Positions 59,939 to 64,000 of a stretch of DNA of 64,000 nt are shown here, in pieces. A program made the position numbers and the translations under genes. Source of the stretch: Azolla caroliniana (lineage: Eukaryota > Plantae > Polypodiophyta); contig JBHGNT010000009.1 of the NCBI GenBank assembly GCA_043228905.1, forward strand, positions 7,130,001 through 7,194,000, written 5' to 3'. Within the stretch, counting starts at the first letter, position 1. Every line of letters starts with the position of its first letter. The notes beneath the pieces are model-generated. The model was not told where the DNA came from. It searched no databases and worked only from the letters and a program-made list of their open reading frames with translations.

Positions 59939-62900
59939 TGTTGGGATTTACGGTCCCTCCGGATGGGATGTCCGGAGATGAATGACGGCAAGCCCGGTTG
60001 CGGTTACGGAACCGGAGGATGAAGAGTACCCGGCTACGGAGCCGGATGATGAAGACCCGGCTACGGAGCCGGATGATGTAGACCCCGGCTACGGAGCCGG
60101 ATGATGTACGTACCCGGAGAGAGATCCGGATGCGGGGACATATTTGTGAATATGTTTGCCAAGGGCCCTTGAGGCTATATTTGTAAATAGCCCGAAAGTC
60201 ATATGTGTATAAATATGACTTAGGGCAAACAGTTTTATGTTGCTGAAAAGTTTGCTGCTCATTTTCTGTTTTTCCACTCAAGAGGAGTGAAGAGAGAGCA
60301 GCCGAGAGAGAGAGAGAGAGAGAGAAACGAGGAGGTCGTTGCCTCTGTGTATTACCGCCGTCTGTGGCGAGAACAGCGAGCTCAAGGTCGTCGCCTTGCA
60401 GCTCGCCATTGTATACTTCTCTGTATAGTGTTGGTTTGGAGTCTTGAACTCCCGTGGTTTTTCCCGTTTAGGGTTTTCCACATTAATCACGGTGTTATCG
60501 TGTCTTTCTCTGTGTTTCCTATTTTCTGCTGCATTGATTCGTGATTTCTCGGTTGTGGCCGAACGGTGAAGGCGAATCGGAGCGTAGATTCTCAACAAAG
60601 TGGTATCAGAGCGACGGCAGTGCAGAAAATGGAAGGCGGCAGCAGCGGGCAGCCGGGGATGATGGTGCTGAATGCGCAGAACTACGCCGACTGGAAGATC
60701 AAGATGGAGGATCTTCTGATTGTTCGGGACCTGTACGAACCGATTGACAGGTCGGAAATACCGAAGGGGGTACTTGAGACGGAATGGAGGCTTCTGAACC
60801 GGAAAGCCGTTGCAACCATTCGGCAATACGTAGACGTGAGCGTTCTACAACATGTGGCGAACGACACCAACGCATACGAGATGTGGCAGAAGCTGTCGGG
60901 TCTCTACGAGAGGAAGAATGCGTTGAACCGGACCTCCCTGATGAGGAAGATAGTGAACCTCAAGTACCGGGACGGCGAGAGCATGGTGGAACACGTAAGC
61001 ACGTTCATGGGATTCGTGAACCAGCTTGCGGCAATCAAGTTCCCGTTGGAGGATGCAATGCAAGCCATCATCTTGATGTGTACATTGCCGGAAAGCTGGG
61101 AGAACTTGGTGGTGACTCTCAGCACCTCCTGCACCGAAGATAACTTGTCTCTACAAACGGTAAAGACAAGTATTTTGAACGAAGAAGCGCGTCGGAGAGA
61201 TAAAGAACCGGCCTCCGACTCGAAGGCGCTGCTTACCGAATCGGATCGGGGAAGACAATGGAACCGGAGTCCTCAAAGACGGGAGAAGTCGGGGACCCGG
61301 TCGCAGTCAAGAGGAAGGCCCACATGCTTCCACTGTGGGAAGCCGGGGCACTTCCGGAAGAATTGTCGGCATTACCGAAAGGACAACGGAGCCGACGACA
61401 CCGATTCGAAGAAGTCACCGGAGAGAAACGCTGCATACCGGGGAGCCACGGACCGGAGAAGTTCGGATCGGCGAGGGCAGGACCGGAAAGGAACGACGGC
61501 ACTCGCGGCAAGTGAAGAAGAAATAATGCTCATTACCGAAGAGAGGGAGCTGAACCTTGCCGGCGCAGAGATGACCTGGGTGGTCGATTCCGGAGCGTCG
61601 TTCCACCTGACCCCGGAGAAGAAATACTTCTCATCCTACATAGCCGGTGAGCACGGCTGTGTCCGGATGGGAAATGAAGGTACGTGCCGGATTGCCGGCA
61701 TAGGAGACGTGTGGCTGATGACATCAACCGGATGCAAAATGCTGCTGAAGGATGTCCGACACGTTCCGGAGGTTCGATTGAACCTGATTTCGGCCGGGAG
61801 GCTAGACGATGAAGGCTACACAGGTAGCATCCGGAACGGCGTAATGAAGTTCAGCAAGGGGAGCTTGATAGTAGCTCGGGCCCGGAAAGTCAACACACTG
61901 TACCTGATGAATGCCCGGTTGTGTCCGGAAGAGTTGAACGTGGCAGCCGACACTGCCGGTGAGCTATGGCACAAGAGGCTGTGCCACATGAGTGAGAAGG
62001 GGATGAAGAGGCTTGCAGAGGACAACCTTATTCCAGTGAAGCATGTGCACCTGGAGAAGTGCACCGACTGTCTGGCCGGTAAGCAAAACCGGACCTCCTT
62101 CCACTCAAGGCCACCGACGAGACGTAGCGCACCATTGGAGCTGGTGCACACTGACGTGTGTCAAGTAGAAACGAAGTCACATGGCGGAGCCCAGTACTTC
62201 GTGACATTCATTGATGACCACAGCCGGAAGCTGTGGACGGCACCGTTGAAGACAAAGGACCAAGTATTGTCCGTCTTCAAAGAACTCCACGCGAGAGTGG
62301 AAAGAGAATCCGGCAAGAAACTGAAAGCGATACGAGCGGATAACGGAGGAGAATACCGAGGGCAATTTGAGGAGTATTGCCGTTCGATGGGAATCCGGCT
62401 CGAGTTTACTGTGCCGAAGACGCCGGAACTGAACGGGCTGGCCGAGAGGATGAACCGGACCATAATGGAGAGGGTCCGGAGTATGCTGGCGCATGCGAAA
62501 TTACCCAAGGGGTTTTGGGCTGAGGCGATGTCGACGGCGACATATGTGATAAATAGATCACCCTCAGTACCTTTGGACGGAGACACGCCGCAGAAAGTGT
62601 AGACCGGTAAGGAAGTGTCCTACCGGCACCTGAAGGTGTTCGGGTGTCTCGCATACGTGCATGTGGCAAAGGACCGGAGAGGAAAGCTAGATCCAAAGAC
62701 CCGGCCATGCATATTCCTCAGTTACGGCAACGACGAGTTTGGCTACCGAGTATGGGACCCGGTCGACAAGAAGATATTCAGGAGTCGAGATATCATCTTC
62801 ATGGAGGACAAGACACTCGCCGACTGGGAGTCGGAGAAGAAGATGAAGAGCTCCAAGTCGACCGGTGAGGATCAACTCTACAAGGAGCAGTCCCGACCGG

Positions 62901-64000
62901 CAAGAGACCGGTTAGCACTCGAGGATCCGGCCGAAGACGGTGAAGAAACAGAACCGGCCGAAGAAGATGAAAATGATACCGGAACCGGCCCCGATCCCGA
63001 AATGGATTCGGATGAAGAAGAATCGGAAGAACCGGTTACCGAAGCTCCGGAACGGAGATATCCTCTAAGAGAGAGAAGGGCCCCCCGGAGATTTCCGGAA
63101 CCAGAGCACGTGCTGCTAACCGACGAGGGGGAGCCGGAGAGCTTTGAAGAAGCGAAGCATGACACCCAGAGCCGCAGGTGGTTGAGTGCCATGCAGGACG
63201 AGATGGATTCCCTGCATGAGAACCACACATATGAACTTGTGGAGTTGCCGAAAGGAAAGCGGGCACTTCGAAACAAGTGGGTGTTCAAGCTGAAACCGGG
63301 AGATGCCGGAAACCCCCCGAGATACAAAGCCAGGATCGTGGTGAAGGGGTTCCAGCAGAAGAAGGGCGTCGACTTCGACGAGATATTTGCCCCGGTAGTG
63401 AAGATGACCTCCATCCGGACGGTGCTGAGCATAGCGGCAAGCATGGACCTCGAGGTAGAACAGATGGACGTGAAGACGGCATTCCTTCACGGTGACCTCG
63501 AAGAAGAGATCTACATGCAGCAACCGGAAGGATTCGAGAAGAAAGGAAAGGAGCACCTGGTATGCCGGTTGAAGAAGAGCCTCTACGGTCTGAAGCAGGC
63601 TCCCCGGCAATGGTACCGGAAGTTCGACTCCTTCATGACAGACGAAGGGTACCACAAAACGCAGACTGATCACTGCGTGTTTGTGAAGAAGTTCGAGGGA
63701 GGAGACTTTCTAATACTCCTTCTGTACGTGGACGACATGTTGATCGTCGGACGGGACCAGGGCAAGATACGGATGCTGAAGAAGGCTCTTCACCGAACCT
63801 TCTCAATGAAGGACCTGGGTCCGGCGAGGCAAATACTGGGGATGCACATCATCCGGGACCGGAAGAAGAAGCAGTTGTGGCTGTCACAGGAGAAGTACGT
63901 GACAAAGGTGCTTCAACGGTTCAACATGTCGGAAGCAAGACCGGTCGGATCAACCCTCCCGGCAAACTGCAAGCTGTCCAGGAAGCAAAGCCCCAAGACA
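59939..64000 (+). mobile_element. Ty1/copia A3 (Tto1/Tork-like), least decayed copy, runs off the window
   Basis: 5' LTR 59939-60597 with 27-30-bp CCGG-rich tandem repeats (59994-60110); PBS TGGTATCAGAGC 60601-60612. Confidence 0.92.
60629..64000 (+). pseudogene. Copia gag-PR-INT-RT polyprotein with a single premature stop (62600-62602)
   Basis: CFHCGKPGHFRKNC, WVVDSGAS, HHCC/DDE integrase and RT LYVDDML. The frame appears to continue open from 62603 to the window end. Confidence 0.88.

Noticed and set aside
62600-62602. Programmed stop-codon readthrough in copia pol
   Set aside because: The position is a conserved Trp (TGG in A2) within integrase; this is a point mutation.

Overview
Plant nuclear DNA, probably a non-seed plant such as a fern, lycophyte or bryophyte (inferred from the retroelement types, not proven). 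Most of the window is deeply nested, mostly decayed LTR retrotransposons; I traced many boundaries by hand using LTR pairs, primer-binding sites (PBS), polypurine tracts (PPT) and target-site duplications (TSDs). Ty1/copia families (Tto1/Tnt1-like and Ale-like) have a tRNA-iMet PBS and 5-bp TSDs. A non-chromoviral Ty3/gypsy group has a tRNA-Trp PBS and 4-bp TSDs. There is one intact host gene, a 3-exon root-cap/LEA-related secreted protein (37919-39564, minus strand). The most notable observations concern the tRNA-Trp group. (1) All five complete TSD pairs and three single flanks have a central CpG (mostly MCGY). (2) LTRs of three diverged families carry antisense tRNA-like A/B-box modules in U3, and two of them also share an RY + E2F cassette before the TATA box; this resembles Cassandra elements, but with tRNA instead of 5S. 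(3) One member is a Gag-only non-autonomous element. Separately, an unrecognised >=670-codon C-rich ORF sits directly against a PPT/3' LTR and is split by two copia insertions.
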